Positions 1 through 11,169 of a stretch of DNA of 64,000 nucleotides are shown piece after piece (positions within the stretch are counted from its first letter, which is position 1; the number at the start of each line of letters is the position of its first letter). Origin of the DNA: a virus (Duplodnaviria > Caudoviricetes); IMG/VR virus record IMGVR_UViG_3300029305_003178, positions 96,001 to 160,000 of that record; one strand, 5' to 3'. The notes beneath the pieces are model-generated. The model worked only from the letters and a program-made list of their open reading frames with translations, was not told the origin of the DNA and did no database searches. Position numbers and translations under genes: made by a program.

Positions 1-57
1 TATATTATTAAAAGGTAAAAAACAAATTTATATAACAAAATTAAGGAGGTTGTTATT

Positions 58-381
58 ATGATTACATTAGAAATTTTTACAAAAAATGATACTTTGTTGG
101 AGTATAACAAAACATCATGTATTGTGGCAGTAATTTCTGATAATACTACACCAACAAATAGCGAAAATTATATGAAACAAGTGTCTATTTTCAAATCTGA
201 ATCTATGACAGATGGTCCTGAAACATTTGTACCTAAAGAAACTATCGATTATGACACATATCTTGAAAAATTTAGAACTTTTATCAAAGAAGGTTATAAT
301 TATAGATGTATGTTTAATTTGAATGAACAGCAGATTGTATTTAATATGTATGCTACTATTTTAGCTAACTGTAGTAAATAA
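58..381 (+). CDS. hypothetical protein
   Basis: 107-aa ORF with AAGGAGG RBS, preceded by TATATTAT (1-8) and AACA-N6-TA (21-32) motifs. Confidence 0.75.
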   Translation: MITLEIFTKNDTLLEYNKTSCIVAVISDNTTPTNSENYMKQVSIFKSESMTDGPETFVPKETIDYDTYLEKFRTFIKEGYNYRCMFNLNEQQIVFNMYATILANCSK

Positions 382-388
382 TATTGGG

Positions 389-2416
389 GTGGTAAGTATG
401 GAAGAAGTTATGCGTGAAGAACTCATTGAAATAATTGATTCTTATGCTAATAAAGTAATCATTATTGAAGATGAAATGAAAAGTAAAAAGGATTTTAAGA
501 AATTTATTAAATCCGTTTTTAATGATATTAGAGCTGGATTTGAAGTTAAAGAGCTTCGTGAATGTCCAGTATATTTTAGATTTAGAGAAGGTTCTGATAT
601 TTATACAATGCAGTTAAGACATTTCTTAACTAATATTATTTTCTGGGAACCTCTTATTGAGTTGGATTCTGTAGATAAACTTGATGAAAGTTTTATTATA
701 GACCCAACTCAAATTTCATCACCTTATATCAAAAATTATATTGATAATAAGATTGTTATTCCTTATAGAAGAAAGATTTCTAATAAGAAACTTAATATAG
801 TTATATCTAATCTTATTTTTAATCTTAGTAGAATTTCTAACGACTTTAATATTATTATGGGTCTTAGTGTATCTATTGAAAGCTTTATTAAAGTTGCAGA
901 AGAATGTCCTAGATTTAAAGAAATCATTACTACAAGAATCGAAGATGGTATGCAACCCAACGACATTGAGCATATGCTAAATGATCTCGTTAATGAGGAA
1001 ATAGAAATTCTTAAAACTTACGAAAATGATTTAACACCTATGCTAAAAGCTAATGCTGGTCTTAAAACAAAACAGCTTAGTGAAATGACAATTTCTGGAG
1101 GTCTTAAGCCATCTCTGGAAGGTAATACTATTCCTGTACCAATTAATACAAACTTCTTATATGGTGGTTTAAATAAAGTATCTTATTACTTTATAGATTC
1201 CATTGCGGGAAGAAAGTCCCTTATCATGAATAAGTCCGTAATGGGGAAGAGCGGATATTTTGCAAGACAGCTTATGCTCTTATCGTCTAATATTAGATTA
1301 AGAGATGATGAAAAAGATTGTGGGTCTAAACACCCTATCGAGTATGAAATAAAAACAGAAGCACATCTGAAGAAATTAATTGGTAGAAATTATCGTCTTA
1401 GAAATGAGACTGGATATAAGAAACTTACAGGTAATGAAAAGCATCTTATTGGTGAAAAAATTCTTGTTAGATCTCCTATAACATGTGCATCCAAACATGG
1501 TATTTGTAAAACATGTTATGGTGATGATTTGTTTTACGTAAATGGTAATGGGGTTGGTATTGGTAGTTACGCAGCAGCGATTATTACTAATCCACTTTCT
1601 CAGGGTGTATTATCTGCTAAGCACATTTTAACAACAAAATCTGAAAGTATTGAATTTACAGATCCATTCTATAAATTCTTTAACTTAAATGCCAATGAAA
1701 TAACATTAAATATTGGCAATTCCAGTGAAGAAGATATTAATATGGAAGACTATTCTTTACTTATTATTGGGGAAAATGTTGTAGTTATTAGTGAACTTGA
1801 TGAAGGTGCACTGAATAGATTTGTTACAATTTTCCATGTTAAAAATAATAAAACTGGAGAAATATTTGAAATTCATGATAAAGAAAATCAGAGTAAAGAA
1901 TTTTATCTTACAGAAAATTTAATCTCTATGTTAGGATTAACTAGAAAGAAAGAAGAGACTTATGAAATAAATCTCGGTGAATTTAGTTATGATGAACCAC
2001 TGTTCTTGATTGAAATCGAAAATAGTGAATTAACTAAACCTCTTTATAGTATCATGGGGTTACTTTCTACTAAAAAACAAAGAGAAGAACTTCATATTTA
2101 TACAGTAAATGATATGGCACAAAGAATGGTAGATTTGTTAATAGAATCTAGTATTAGTGCTAAAGCCGTACATGCAGAAGTTATTATTCATCCATTGATC
2201 AGATCTGTTAAAAATATTCTTGATAGACCTGATTTTAAGCACTATAATGCTAAGAACGATATTAATATTCTTACTGTAGGTATTGCATTAGAAAAGCATC
2301 CTTCTGTATTAATTAGTTTGTCTTCTCAGTTCTTAGGTAGACAATTATTGAGTCCTCTGACATTTAAGAAGGTTGCTCCTTCCTTTATCGATCCATATTT
2401 CAGAGAAACTCCTTAA
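389..2416 (+). CDS. multisubunit RNA polymerase beta' subunit, C-terminal part (probably non-virion RNAP)
   Basis: Bridge-helix-like MGKSGYFARQL; beta' zinc site DCGSKH...RSPITCASKHGICKTCYG; trigger-loop-like PLSQGVLSAKH; no catalytic DxDGD, so the subunit is split as in phiKZ/AR9. Non-virion assignment is inferred from early-gene context. Confidence 0.9.
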   Translation: MVSMEEVMREELIEIIDSYANKVIIIEDEMKSKKDFKKFIKSVFNDIRAGFEVKELRECPVYFRFREGSDIYTMQLRHFLTNIIFWEPLIELDSVDKLDESFIIDPTQISSPYIKNYIDNKIVIPYRRKISNKKLNIVISNLIFNLSRISNDFNIIMGLSVSIESFIKVAEECPRFKEIITTRIEDGMQPNDIEHMLNDLVNEEIEILKTYENDLTPMLKANAGLKTKQLSEMTISGGLKPSLEGNTIPVPINTNFLYGGLNKVSYYFIDSIAGRKSLIMNKSVMGKSGYFARQLMLLSSNIRLRDDEKDCGSKHPIEYEIKTEAHLKKLIGRNYRLRNETGYKKLTGNEKHLIGEKILVRSPITCASKHGICKTCYGDDLFYVNGNGVGIGSYAAAIITNPLSQGVLSAKHILTTKSESIEFTDPFYKFFNLNANEITLNIGNSSEEDINMEDYSLLIIGENVVVISELDEGALNRFVTIFHVKNNKTGEIFEIHDKENQSKEFYLTENLISMLGLTRKKEETYEINLGEFSYDEPLFLIEIENSELTKPLYSIMGLLSTKKQREELHIYTVNDMAQRMVDLLIESSISAKAVHAEVIIHPLIRSVKNILDRPDFKHYNAKNDINILTVGIALEKHPSVLISLSSQFLGRQLLSPLTFKKVAPSFIDPYFRETP

Positions 2417-2425
2417 ATATTTTAA

Positions 2426-2459
2426 ATCCCTTATGGATATTATATTCCATAAGGGATTA
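2426..2459 (+). terminator. hairpin after RNAP gene
   Basis: AATCCCTTATGGA/TCCATAAGGGATT inverted repeat. Confidence 0.6.
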
Positions 2460-2473
2460 TTATAGAAAAGAGG

Positions 2474-3940
2474 ATGACTAAAATGGCTAAAGTAGTTGTT
2501 AATCACACTTCTATAATGATAAATGATTATGATTTAGGTGATAAACCTATATTAGAAAAAAGTTTATCATTATGGGATAGTATACGACATTGTTATATAC
2601 CTAAAGGGTATATGTATGATGAAACCAAACGAATTTTGTATGTTCCTAGAGGTATTGATATATCATATATAGAAAGATTATTTAATACTACTGCGGAAAT
2701 AAATTATACACCTGATAATTATGATAAAATATCTGTAAAAATTAAAACTATGCCTAAAGATAATGGGCAAAGACGAGCAGTAGGTTTTTTAACCGGTGAG
2801 GGGAATTTTAAATATACTCAAAAATATCCACAATTATTATTGAATTTACCTCCAGGTGAAGGTAAAACAGTTATTTCTACTATGGCTATATCCGTATATG
2901 GATTAAAGACTATGGTAATAACTCATATTGATAAAATACGTCAGCAATGGGTTAATACTCTTGTACTTATGACTGATTTAACCCATTCTGATATATGTAT
3001 TATTGATGGTTCATCAGTTATTAAGAAATTGATGAAATCTGATAAAAATAAATATAAAGTATATCTTGTAAACCATGGTACTATATTATCATACGCTAAA
3101 TCCAATGGCTGGGATTCTATTAGAGAGCTATTTAAACATCTTAAGATAGGTCTCAAAATAATAGATGAAGCACACCTTAATTTTGATAATATAGTTAAAA
3201 CAGATATGTTTACTAATACAAAGAAAACATTTTACCTTACGGCAACATTTGAGCGTAGTGATCATGAAGAAAATGCTCTATTTAACAAGTGCTTTAAGAA
3301 TGTTGTAAGATTTACACTACAGGATACGTCAGAGACAAAAAGAAAGCATACTGTATATCTTAGTGTATTATATAATTCAAGACCGTCTATAGCAGATCAG
3401 GCTAAAATGTATGGTATAAAAGGATTCAATAAAATAGAATACTCCAACTATCAATTAAAGTGTGATAAGTTTTATGATGCTTTGTTGTACGTAATTAAAT
3501 ATTTTGAATCTAAAGAAGGTAAAATATTGATACTATCAACTAAAATAGATATAGTTGATAGTATAACAGAGTTCTTAAACATAGCAATTGAAAATAAGAA
3601 AATTGATTCTTATCATTCTAAAGTAGATCCTAGTATTAAAGATGATATTTTAATATATTCTGATATTATAAGTAGTACATCTAAATCTGCTGGTACTGGA
3701 TTAGATATAGCAAAATTAAGAACTGTAATTATGACTGAAGCATACTCATCAAAAGTACAGGCTGAACAAGCATCTGGTAGATTAAGAGAATACGCACCAG
3801 ATGAGTATACATTTTATGTGGAATTAGTAGATATAGGATTTCAAAAAGTATATGATATGTATAAAAGAAGACTTCCAGTATTTAAGAAGAAGTGTGTTAA
3901 AGTTCTTACAATGGATATAAGTAAACAAGGAGGTATTTAA
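2474..3940 (+). CDS. superfamily 2 (DEAH) helicase
   Basis: Walker A PPGEGKT, Walker B IIDEAH, motif III TAT, motif V GTGLDI, motif VI QASGRLR. Confidence 0.9.
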   Translation: MTKMAKVVVNHTSIMINDYDLGDKPILEKSLSLWDSIRHCYIPKGYMYDETKRILYVPRGIDISYIERLFNTTAEINYTPDNYDKISVKIKTMPKDNGQRRAVGFLTGEGNFKYTQKYPQLLLNLPPGEGKTVISTMAISVYGLKTMVITHIDKIRQQWVNTLVLMTDLTHSDICIIDGSSVIKKLMKSDKNKYKVYLVNHGTILSYAKSNGWDSIRELFKHLKIGLKIIDEAHLNFDNIVKTDMFTNTKKTFYLTATFERSDHEENALFNKCFKNVVRFTLQDTSETKRKHTVYLSVLYNSRPSIADQAKMYGIKGFNKIEYSNYQLKCDKFYDALLYVIKYFESKEGKILILSTKIDIVDSITEFLNIAIENKKIDSYHSKVDPSIKDDILIYSDIISSTSKSAGTGLDIAKLRTVIMTEAYSSKVQAEQASGRLREYAPDEYTFYVELVDIGFQKVYDMYKRRLPVFKKKCVKVLTMDISKQGGI

Positions 3941-3941
3941 T

Positions 3942-4205
3942 GTGAATAATTTTGAAAAGAGGACTTGGAGAGAATTTCAATCCAATGGATTATTATGGTT
4001 TGTAAATAGTATCCTCCATGTATTTGGATGGGCTATCGTAATTATTGTTAATGATTTTAATAATATCGTGGAAGTGTATCCAGCAAGAACAAGATTTAGA
4101 GGATTCTCTAGTGAAACAAATACTGCGAACTATAAAAAACTTACAGAATATATGGTAGATAATGCTTCAAAATTACTTAAAGACTTTGATGGTGAGGAGA
4201 AATAA
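3942..4205 (+). CDS. hypothetical phage protein
   Basis: 87-aa ORF, GGAGG RBS, coupled to the helicase stop. Confidence 0.7.
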   Translation: MNNFEKRTWREFQSNGLLWFVNSILHVFGWAIVIIVNDFNNIVEVYPARTRFRGFSSETNTANYKKLTEYMVDNASKLLKDFDGEEK

Positions 4206-4206
4206 A

Positions 4207-4659
4207 ATGAATTTAGGAAATATTTATATATCCGAAACGATAGTGGCAGCATTAATACTTACGAACACAGTATTTACAATTATATGTATGATTAAAACAA
4301 GTAAAACAAAACAATCATTATTAAATAATGTTGATGATGCAGTATTAGATAGACTCGTTTCTATTGTTGGTGATTGCTGTATGAAGTATATGTATGAAAT
4401 GACTAAGAAACATAAAAACGAAAAGTCTAAACAGATTATTACTCCTGAAGATGTGCTTAGCTATATTGAAGAATACATAAAACAAAAATATACTAAATCG
4501 GATAACGATGAGAGTAAGACATATTATAAAGATTTATTAAATGTATTCTATACTACATATGAAAGCTCTAGACAAGTTGTTATAAACATTATGTCTAATC
4601 CTAATAAAGAATGGGATATAACAGAAAAAGAGGAAGAAACAACAGATATTTCTGCATAA
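4207..4659 (+). CDS. hypothetical protein with N-terminal hydrophobic (membrane) segment
   Basis: Start reassigned to ATG 4207 after GAGGAG; IVAALILTNTVFTIICMI hydrophobic stretch. Confidence 0.65.
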   Translation: MNLGNIYISETIVAALILTNTVFTIICMIKTSKTKQSLLNNVDDAVLDRLVSIVGDCCMKYMYEMTKKHKNEKSKQIITPEDVLSYIEEYIKQKYTKSDNDESKTYYKDLLNVFYTTYESSRQVVINIMSNPNKEWDITEKEEETTDISA

Positions 4660-4676
4660 AAATAAAGGGGGAATTA

Positions 4677-4976
4677 ATGATGGCTAGAACATCAACATTT
4701 CAAAATAAAATGACAATAACTTTACCAAGAAAGCCTTTTGTAAACTATATTGTTTATAATGAGAATTTAAATAAGACTGATCTACGTGTTTATTTGCATC
4801 TATTAACCCATCTTGATGCAGATGAATATAAGGCTATTTCTAAAAAAGCTATAGCAAAGGATTTAGGATTAAGTAAAGGTAGTGTAGAAGACTCCATTGA
4901 TAAATTAGTCGATGAAGATATTTTAAGTTTTGGTGGAAATGGTACTGTTAAAAGTGGATACAAATTCTGTTTTTAA
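4677..4976 (+). CDS. winged-helix/HTH DNA-binding protein
   Basis: ISKKAIAKDLGLSKGSVEDSIDKLVDEDIL HTH pattern; start reassigned to 4677 after AAGGGGG. Confidence 0.75.
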   Translation: MMARTSTFQNKMTITLPRKPFVNYIVYNENLNKTDLRVYLHLLTHLDADEYKAISKKAIAKDLGLSKGSVEDSIDKLVDEDILSFGGNGTVKSGYKFCF

Positions 4977-5040
4977 TAGATAATTATATATCTATAAACA
5001 GAGAAATAAAAAATAAAATTATTTAATGGAGGTAAGAATT

Positions 5041-5862
5041 ATGGCATTTAATACAAGTCAAAATAATAGTAGGGATAATCAAAACAATACAAATACACGT
5101 GGTCTCCAGTTTATGAATAAAGATGGTTATGAACCATCCACACTTCAGCTTGGATATTGGAATGATATGATTTCTATTAGAATTAGTCCTGCACTGGAGC
5201 CAAATAAACAGACAGAAACTAAAGTTTATGATTATGAAAAAACTGTTTCCACAGCACTTAATGCTGAAAAAGCAATGATGCTTGTAAAAGCTATTAAAGA
5301 ACATATTATTCCCGCTATCGAAGCTGGTGAAAATAAAGATATTGCATTCTCTATTAATGGTGATTCTCTGATGTCTGTTGGTACAGGTGTTAGACTTACA
5401 GGTGAAATTAAACCTTTCATTGCAATTCATAAGTCTCTTAATCCTGATACAAAAATTCCAGAAATGAGTATTTTCTACGAATTCAAACAGAACCAGTTTA
5501 TCGATAATTATAATGAGTCTAATGGTACTTATAATGTATTGAATCATATCCATGCAGAATTTGCTACATTCTATAAATGTATGACAGTTAGTATTATGGC
5601 TATGACAAATGCATTCACACATTCCTATAGACATGTGAATAAATATTTCAATGATAAACTTATTGGTAATGTAAATGCTATTGCTAATAAAGTTGGTGTA
5701 GAAATGCCTCAGTATGGTGGTAATAGACAGTATTCTAAATCTTCATCTATTGACTTTGGTGGAAATAATTATTCTTCTCAGCCAACAAATAATCATGTAG
5801 AAACTACATCTACACAGAGTATTAGTAGTCTGGAAGAATTTGAAAAAATGATTATGAGTTAA
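5041..5862 (+). CDS. hypothetical protein, possible single-stranded DNA-binding protein
   Basis: GGAGG RBS before ATG 5041; beta-rich N-terminus and low-complexity N/S/G tail ending in acidic residues; SSB role is inference. Confidence 0.45.
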   Translation: MAFNTSQNNSRDNQNNTNTRGLQFMNKDGYEPSTLQLGYWNDMISIRISPALEPNKQTETKVYDYEKTVSTALNAEKAMMLVKAIKEHIIPAIEAGENKDIAFSINGDSLMSVGTGVRLTGEIKPFIAIHKSLNPDTKIPEMSIFYEFKQNQFIDNYNESNGTYNVLNHIHAEFATFYKCMTVSIMAMTNAFTHSYRHVNKYFNDKLIGNVNAIANKVGVEMPQYGGNRQYSKSSSIDFGGNNYSSQPTNNHVETTSTQSISSLEEFEKMIMS

Positions 5863-5928
5863 TTATATAAAGAATGACTTATTTTTATAAGTCATTCTTT
5901 TTTTATATGTTATTTAGGAGGGATTATT

Positions 5929-6627
5929 ATGAATCGTATAGAAGATAGCGAATATTTCTTTATTTCATATGATAATGTAATTAGACATCCATCAGCATAT
6001 TTATTACATAAAATAGTTAATAATAGTGATTATAAAGAATTTGATAATTTTATAAAGACTGAAGAATTAGTAGATAAGACTATAAATGAAATAGCAGCTT
6101 TATCTAATATATGGGCTACAAAAAATCCATTAGAGTATTATGCAAAACAAAAATTTGATTATAATATGACATATGCCGAACTATTTCTAACTGATGATAA
6201 TGTGTATAATAATTCACCACTATTAAAATTCGGCGAAACTTTACCACTAATTCTTAATCAGCAATTCACTAAAAAAGTATTTATTTATAGTAGGGAATAT
6301 GATCCTAGGATAGATGCTGATATAAGAAAACAGTTTAATGCTAACAGAAAAATATCTTATGTTAATGGTGAATTTATAGATGTTGTTAAATCGGTGGAGA
6401 ATATAACAACATTTATTATTGACGATATTTCTATGGTACAGGAATTATTAGATAATGATATCATTTCATATAAAACTATTCTCCTTGCTAATTATGGATA
6501 TAATTATAAACTTAGTGATATCATTATAGATGAAAACTATGGTAGAGAACTTACATTAAAAATAGATAATATAGATAAACTATCTACCGAAAAAGTATTT
6601 AAATTAAAAATGTTTTTACCTATATAA
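5929..6627 (+). CDS. hypothetical protein
   Basis: 232-aa ORF with AGGAGG RBS. Confidence 0.7.
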   Translation: MNRIEDSEYFFISYDNVIRHPSAYLLHKIVNNSDYKEFDNFIKTEELVDKTINEIAALSNIWATKNPLEYYAKQKFDYNMTYAELFLTDDNVYNNSPLLKFGETLPLILNQQFTKKVFIYSREYDPRIDADIRKQFNANRKISYVNGEFIDVVKSVENITTFIIDDISMVQELLDNDIISYKTILLANYGYNYKLSDIIIDENYGRELTLKIDNIDKLSTEKVFKLKMFLPI

Positions 6628-6694
6628 GTGATACTTTATATAGGCATCAACATTTATGTATAATATATTTTATATTTTAAGGAGGTAATTAATT

Positions 6695-8500
6695 ATGAGC
6701 TTCGACTTGAATAAACTTATGGGTAAGGATAAAGGTCCTGAAAGTACAGGTTTTGTAATTCAGGATAAAATGTTTGACGATGTTGATCCTTCCTTTGTTA
6801 CAAAAATGAAAAATGAAGTAAATAAACAATTCGGTACATGTAAATACGAAACTCCAAATTGGAATGTTATTTCTGAAGCTGATTTTAAATGTAGAATTCT
6901 GAATGTATTCCACTCTGTAGCAGATGCACTTCGTAATACTCTTGGTCCTTATGGTTCCACAACTATTATTGAAAAATATGGTGAAATGCATATTACTAAA
7001 GACGGTTGGCAGGTATTAAAATCTATTCATTTCGATAGTAATATTGATAATAATATTATGATGATGCTGTTAAGAATCAGTCAGCAGGTAGTTCTTAAAG
7101 TTGGTGATGGTTCAACATCTTCTGTAATCGCCGCTAATGCTATTCTGGATAAACTGGAAAATAGTGAAATTCTTAAAACAGTTAGACCTAAAGAACTGAT
7201 GACAAAACTGACAAAATGTGTTGACATCATTTCTAATGAACTGCTTAAGAACGCTACTCAAATCAATAAAGAAACATTTGATGAAATTTATCAGATTGCA
7301 TACATTGCGACTAATGGGGATCATGAGATTTCTTCTATGATTAAAGATATCTACATTAAAACAAATAATCCTGCAATCGAATTTGTCGAATCTAAAACAG
7401 ATAAGACAGAATGTGAAGTTGTTGATGGTTATAGAGGTAATATTACATATATCGATGCAATTTTTGCTACAGACGATACAATGAATTGCAATATTAAGAA
7501 ACCAATGTTCTTGATGTTCGATTACAAGATTGATATGGATGCTCTTCCTATTATTCAGGCAGCGCTCGGTAAATCTGTTGATGCTAATAGACGACTTGTT
7601 GTTATTGCTCCAGCATATGATCAAAGATTGTTAGAATATATTAAAATTCAGACAACTACTGAAATGAGATCTAATCATGGATATTCTTATGCAGTATATA
7701 CTAGAGTAAGTCTTGTAAATAATATGTCTCAGACTTTATATAATGACTTCGCTATTATGACTGGTGGTGAAATTATTAGAGAACAGTTCACAGAAAGTGA
7801 AACTTTGTTATCTGATGTTTCTTCTATGTATATGGGTGAATGTGAATATGCATCTATTGGTCCTAAATCTACATTTATTAGTGGTTTCTATAATAGAGAT
7901 GAAGAAATGTATAGAAAAGTCGTTAACGATGCTAATTCTCAATATAAAGCATTAGAAGAAGACTATATGAATAGAGGTCTTGTAGATACTAAACTTAATG
8001 AAATGAAACAGAGAGTTAGTAAACTTACTGGTTCTGCAGGTATCATTAGAGTTGGTGGTTATTCCACATTAGAAAAGAAAGCTAATTATGATCTAGTAGA
8101 AGATGCTATTAAGGCATGTGAATCTGCATATAATTATGGTTATAACATTGGTGGTTCCATGATTATTCCTTGGACTATTCATAATACCGATATTATGACA
8201 GGTCTTGATGATGTAGAAAAAGAAATTATTGTATTAATCCATGATGCATTTAAAGATGTATTTAAAACAATTTATGCAAATAAATATAAAGATATTGAAA
8301 ATACAACTGTTGAGGAGATTATTACAACAATTGTAACTAGTCCAGTGCCTATGGCATATGATATTATTACGGGTACAATGACACCTGAAATCATCAACTC
8401 TTGTATTACAGATATTGAAATTCTTAAAGCATCTATTTCTATTGTATCTCTGTTGATCTCTAGTAATCAGTATATTTCTATTAATGTAACTTCCAAATAA
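6695..8500 (+). CDS. GroEL-like phage chaperonin
   Basis: TLGPYG, ITKDG, VGDGSTS nucleotide-binding motifs, IRVGG, VEDAIKA...GG; no GroES-like ORF adjacent. Confidence 0.92.
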   Translation: MSFDLNKLMGKDKGPESTGFVIQDKMFDDVDPSFVTKMKNEVNKQFGTCKYETPNWNVISEADFKCRILNVFHSVADALRNTLGPYGSTTIIEKYGEMHITKDGWQVLKSIHFDSNIDNNIMMMLLRISQQVVLKVGDGSTSSVIAANAILDKLENSEILKTVRPKELMTKLTKCVDIISNELLKNATQINKETFDEIYQIAYIATNGDHEISSMIKDIYIKTNNPAIEFVESKTDKTECEVVDGYRGNITYIDAIFATDDTMNCNIKKPMFLMFDYKIDMDALPIIQAALGKSVDANRRLVVIAPAYDQRLLEYIKIQTTTEMRSNHGYSYAVYTRVSLVNNMSQTLYNDFAIMTGGEIIREQFTESETLLSDVSSMYMGECEYASIGPKSTFISGFYNRDEEMYRKVVNDANSQYKALEEDYMNRGLVDTKLNEMKQRVSKLTGSAGIIRVGGYSTLEKKANYDLVEDAIKACESAYNYGYNIGGSMIIPWTIHNTDIMTGLDDVEKEIIVLIHDAFKDVFKTIYANKYKDIENTTVEEIITTIVTSPVPMAYDIITGTMTPEIINSCITDIEILKASISIVSLLISSNQYISINVTSK

Positions 8501-8561
8501 TATAGATATTAAGAGGGAAGAATCATATCTTCCCTCTTTTACTTTTAGGAGGTGTATATAA

Positions 8562-9347
8562 ATGGAGCCATTAACACTAAAACAGTACATGGATAACCCT
8601 ATGGGTAAGGGTTCCACAGTATTTAATAAAAAGGTTATTTTAGGGGATTTAGACTCCAGATATAATAAATTATTGACCAAGCATAAAAGCTTTAAAACTT
8701 TTATTTGGATTGATAAATTAGATTTTTACATATTAACTAAAATTCCTAGTGAAACATATGATGATATATATTATGATGTCTTATTTAAATTTACAGAACC
8801 TGATAATACTGTTAGGTCTGATACTAATTTGAATAGATATCTTATGTATGTATTTAGTAATTCTCCAAGTTTTGTATATACATATGCTAATGTATATTAT
8901 AGAAATGGATTGCTGGTAGATTTTCTTGAAAATAAATATAAAAGCGAAGTCATTAATGATAATCCAGTTATAAGAAACCCAAATGATGTGATCAATTATG
9001 AAAAAAGTATTTATTATTGCTGTAAGTATTTAATAGATAAAAATCTTCTTAATAAAGTCACATTAGGTTTAAAGGCTAAGAAATTTTCTATTAAAGAAAT
9101 TTCTAATGAAGTAAAGGACACAGATACAATCTTATTAGATATTAAAAAATCTAAAAGAAAAGTATCTGAAGCAAAAAAGAAAGAAATTTCAAAACAGAAA
9201 TCTGCTAAAAAAGAAATACCAATAGATAATAAAAGAAGATCTACCACTACAACAAATAGTAATATATCGGTTAGAACTATTAAGCCTAAACCAAAAGTCA
9301 CGTCTTCAGTTCAGAAGAAAAAAGCTGTTAAAACTACAAGAAAATAG
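8562..9347 (+). CDS. hypothetical protein with basic Lys-rich C-terminus
   Basis: 261-aa ORF, AGGAGG RBS. Confidence 0.75.
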   Translation: MEPLTLKQYMDNPMGKGSTVFNKKVILGDLDSRYNKLLTKHKSFKTFIWIDKLDFYILTKIPSETYDDIYYDVLFKFTEPDNTVRSDTNLNRYLMYVFSNSPSFVYTYANVYYRNGLLVDFLENKYKSEVINDNPVIRNPNDVINYEKSIYYCCKYLIDKNLLNKVTLGLKAKKFSIKEISNEVKDTDTILLDIKKSKRKVSEAKKKEISKQKSAKKEIPIDNKRRSTTTTNSNISVRTIKPKPKVTSSVQKKKAVKTTRK

Positions 9348-9412
9348 TTTTTTAAAAGCAGTTATGAATATATATTATACATAGGAAGTACGTGAGTAAT
9401 GGGGGGAAATCA

Positions 9413-10894
9413 ATGAAGAAAAAATTCATAAGAGTCGATGATTGGAAACCAACTAAAGCACAATCTATTGTTAAATATGATGGTAAAATGGTTGTGTTCC
9501 CATTCGACAAAATATTTAACAAACCAACAATAGATGCTCTTAATAACTTTATTATTAAGAAAGAATCTTACGTAAAGAAATTGGGAGAGATAACTCATTA
9601 CATTAATTACTTCTTAGAATTCTATGATAAAGATAAAGAAGTAATAATGGCATATCTCAAATTAAAATTCCTTATAGATAATAAGGATAATCACATTACG
9701 CTTCCATCTGCAATTAAAATGATATACGATATTCTGCTGACAGAGGAGACACAGCAGAAAGTTATTCAGATGGTTGAAGATAACTACTATATAGATTTGA
9801 GTTCTGATACAGGTATTAAATATAATGAATCATTAGAATTTACTACAGAACATGCTAAAGTAATGATGCAGATTTCTGTATCTATGAAATTGATGATTCC
9901 GATCATGTTTCATTATCTCAATTCTAATAATATGATTAAACAAAAGAAATTAATCTATAGATTCTATGAGGGTTTATTTGATATGTATGGTGGAGAAATA
10001 GACATCTACAATAAACTCTTTGTTAGTGTATTTTCTAAGATTAATGTAAACTTTATTAGAAATAAAACTATTTGGGCTCAAAGAGAGATTTTTGGTACTA
10101 ATCCTCTGACCCATATGAAAGAATTACTACACGAAAAAATAATTAGTGAAACGATGTTTAAGTATGAATTCTCTAAAAATGTCGTAAGTTTTAATTATGT
10201 CGTTTTAGATAAGCAGCTTCGTTTCTTTCTCATCGAACCATATGCGGAGAATCGAATTGAATTGTCTGCTACAAAAAATGCAGATGGTTTATCTGGTATA
10301 GATAAACTGGAAATGAATAGTACCAAAATGGATGAAAGTTCAATCATTCTTTCTAATATCAATATTAAGAAAACGATTGAAAGAATTATTGGATCTATGC
10401 ATATTAAAATAGATCCTGAGGAAATTGAATACTATAAAGAGAATATGAATATTTCTAAATTTCATACACAATTAGTATTCTATTATTATGCTAAATACTT
10501 TAATGGATTTAGAGATTTATTAATGCTTAACAGAATGCAATATATTACATTAGTTGTTATTATGAAGAAAAGATTACAGATGCAGAATTATGTATTCTTA
10601 CCTCAGTTATTAACAGCTAATATTGATAGTAAATTAAATTCTAGAACTATTAGAAATGATAAGTTCTTGAGTAAAATAAAAACATCTTCTATATATCAGA
10701 CATTAATTAGTGATAAATATTGTACACTAGAAGATGCTGATAAAGGTGATTTAATTTTGAATATCTTATCCACATTGATTAATACAACATTCACATTTGT
10801 CGATTATGAACATCCGGAAGTTCTTGGACAAGCAATTGAAGTTAATCAGGATATGATTAGTGAAGAATATCTGAATTTCTTAAATCAATTATAA
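9413..10894 (+). CDS. putative promoter-specificity subunit of non-virion RNAP (AR9 gp226 / phiKZ gp68-like)
   Basis: ~495-aa helical protein with its own early promoter (9369-9378), two genes from the chaperonin, mirroring the AR9 gp228 (chaperonin)/gp226 arrangement; called from synteny and size, not a recognised motif. Confidence 0.55.
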   Translation: MKKKFIRVDDWKPTKAQSIVKYDGKMVVFPFDKIFNKPTIDALNNFIIKKESYVKKLGEITHYINYFLEFYDKDKEVIMAYLKLKFLIDNKDNHITLPSAIKMIYDILLTEETQQKVIQMVEDNYYIDLSSDTGIKYNESLEFTTEHAKVMMQISVSMKLMIPIMFHYLNSNNMIKQKKLIYRFYEGLFDMYGGEIDIYNKLFVSVFSKINVNFIRNKTIWAQREIFGTNPLTHMKELLHEKIISETMFKYEFSKNVVSFNYVVLDKQLRFFLIEPYAENRIELSATKNADGLSGIDKLEMNSTKMDESSIILSNINIKKTIERIIGSMHIKIDPEEIEYYKENMNISKFHTQLVFYYYAKYFNGFRDLLMLNRMQYITLVVIMKKRLQMQNYVFLPQLLTANIDSKLNSRTIRNDKFLSKIKTSSIYQTLISDKYCTLEDADKGDLILNILSTLINTTFTFVDYEHPEVLGQAIEVNQDMISEEYLNFLNQL

Positions 10895-10977
10895 TAAATT
10901 TATGCATAAGTTTATTTAAATATATCCCAATCCATTAATTTTGGATTGGGATATTATTTTATAAAGAAGGTGATTAT

Positions 10978-11160
10978 ATGAAAGAAAGCGAATTTATTCC
11001 ATTCAATAAAAAGAAAAAGAAAAGTCCTGAGTTTATTGTCAATCATAAGACAAGTACTACAAAGGGTGATCTCTTTACTACTAATCAATTCTGGTATATG
11101 CCTTATACCGATGAGTATGGTAATACTAGATATATGAAAGTGTATGAAAAATTAAATTAA
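10978..11160 (+). CDS. small hypothetical protein
   Basis: 60-aa ORF with AAGGTGA RBS. Confidence 0.55.
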   Translation: MKESEFIPFNKKKKKSPEFIVNHKTSTTKGDLFTTNQFWYMPYTDEYGNTRYMKVYEKLN

Positions 11161-11169
11161 TTTTTCAAT

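Noticed and set aside
5023-5634. 203-aa antisense ORF and similar shadow ORFs (7112-7624, 30822-31316, 37484-37927 etc.)
   Set aside because: Antisense to well-supported genes with biased codons; Cys/Phe/Ile-rich composition typical of non-coding frames
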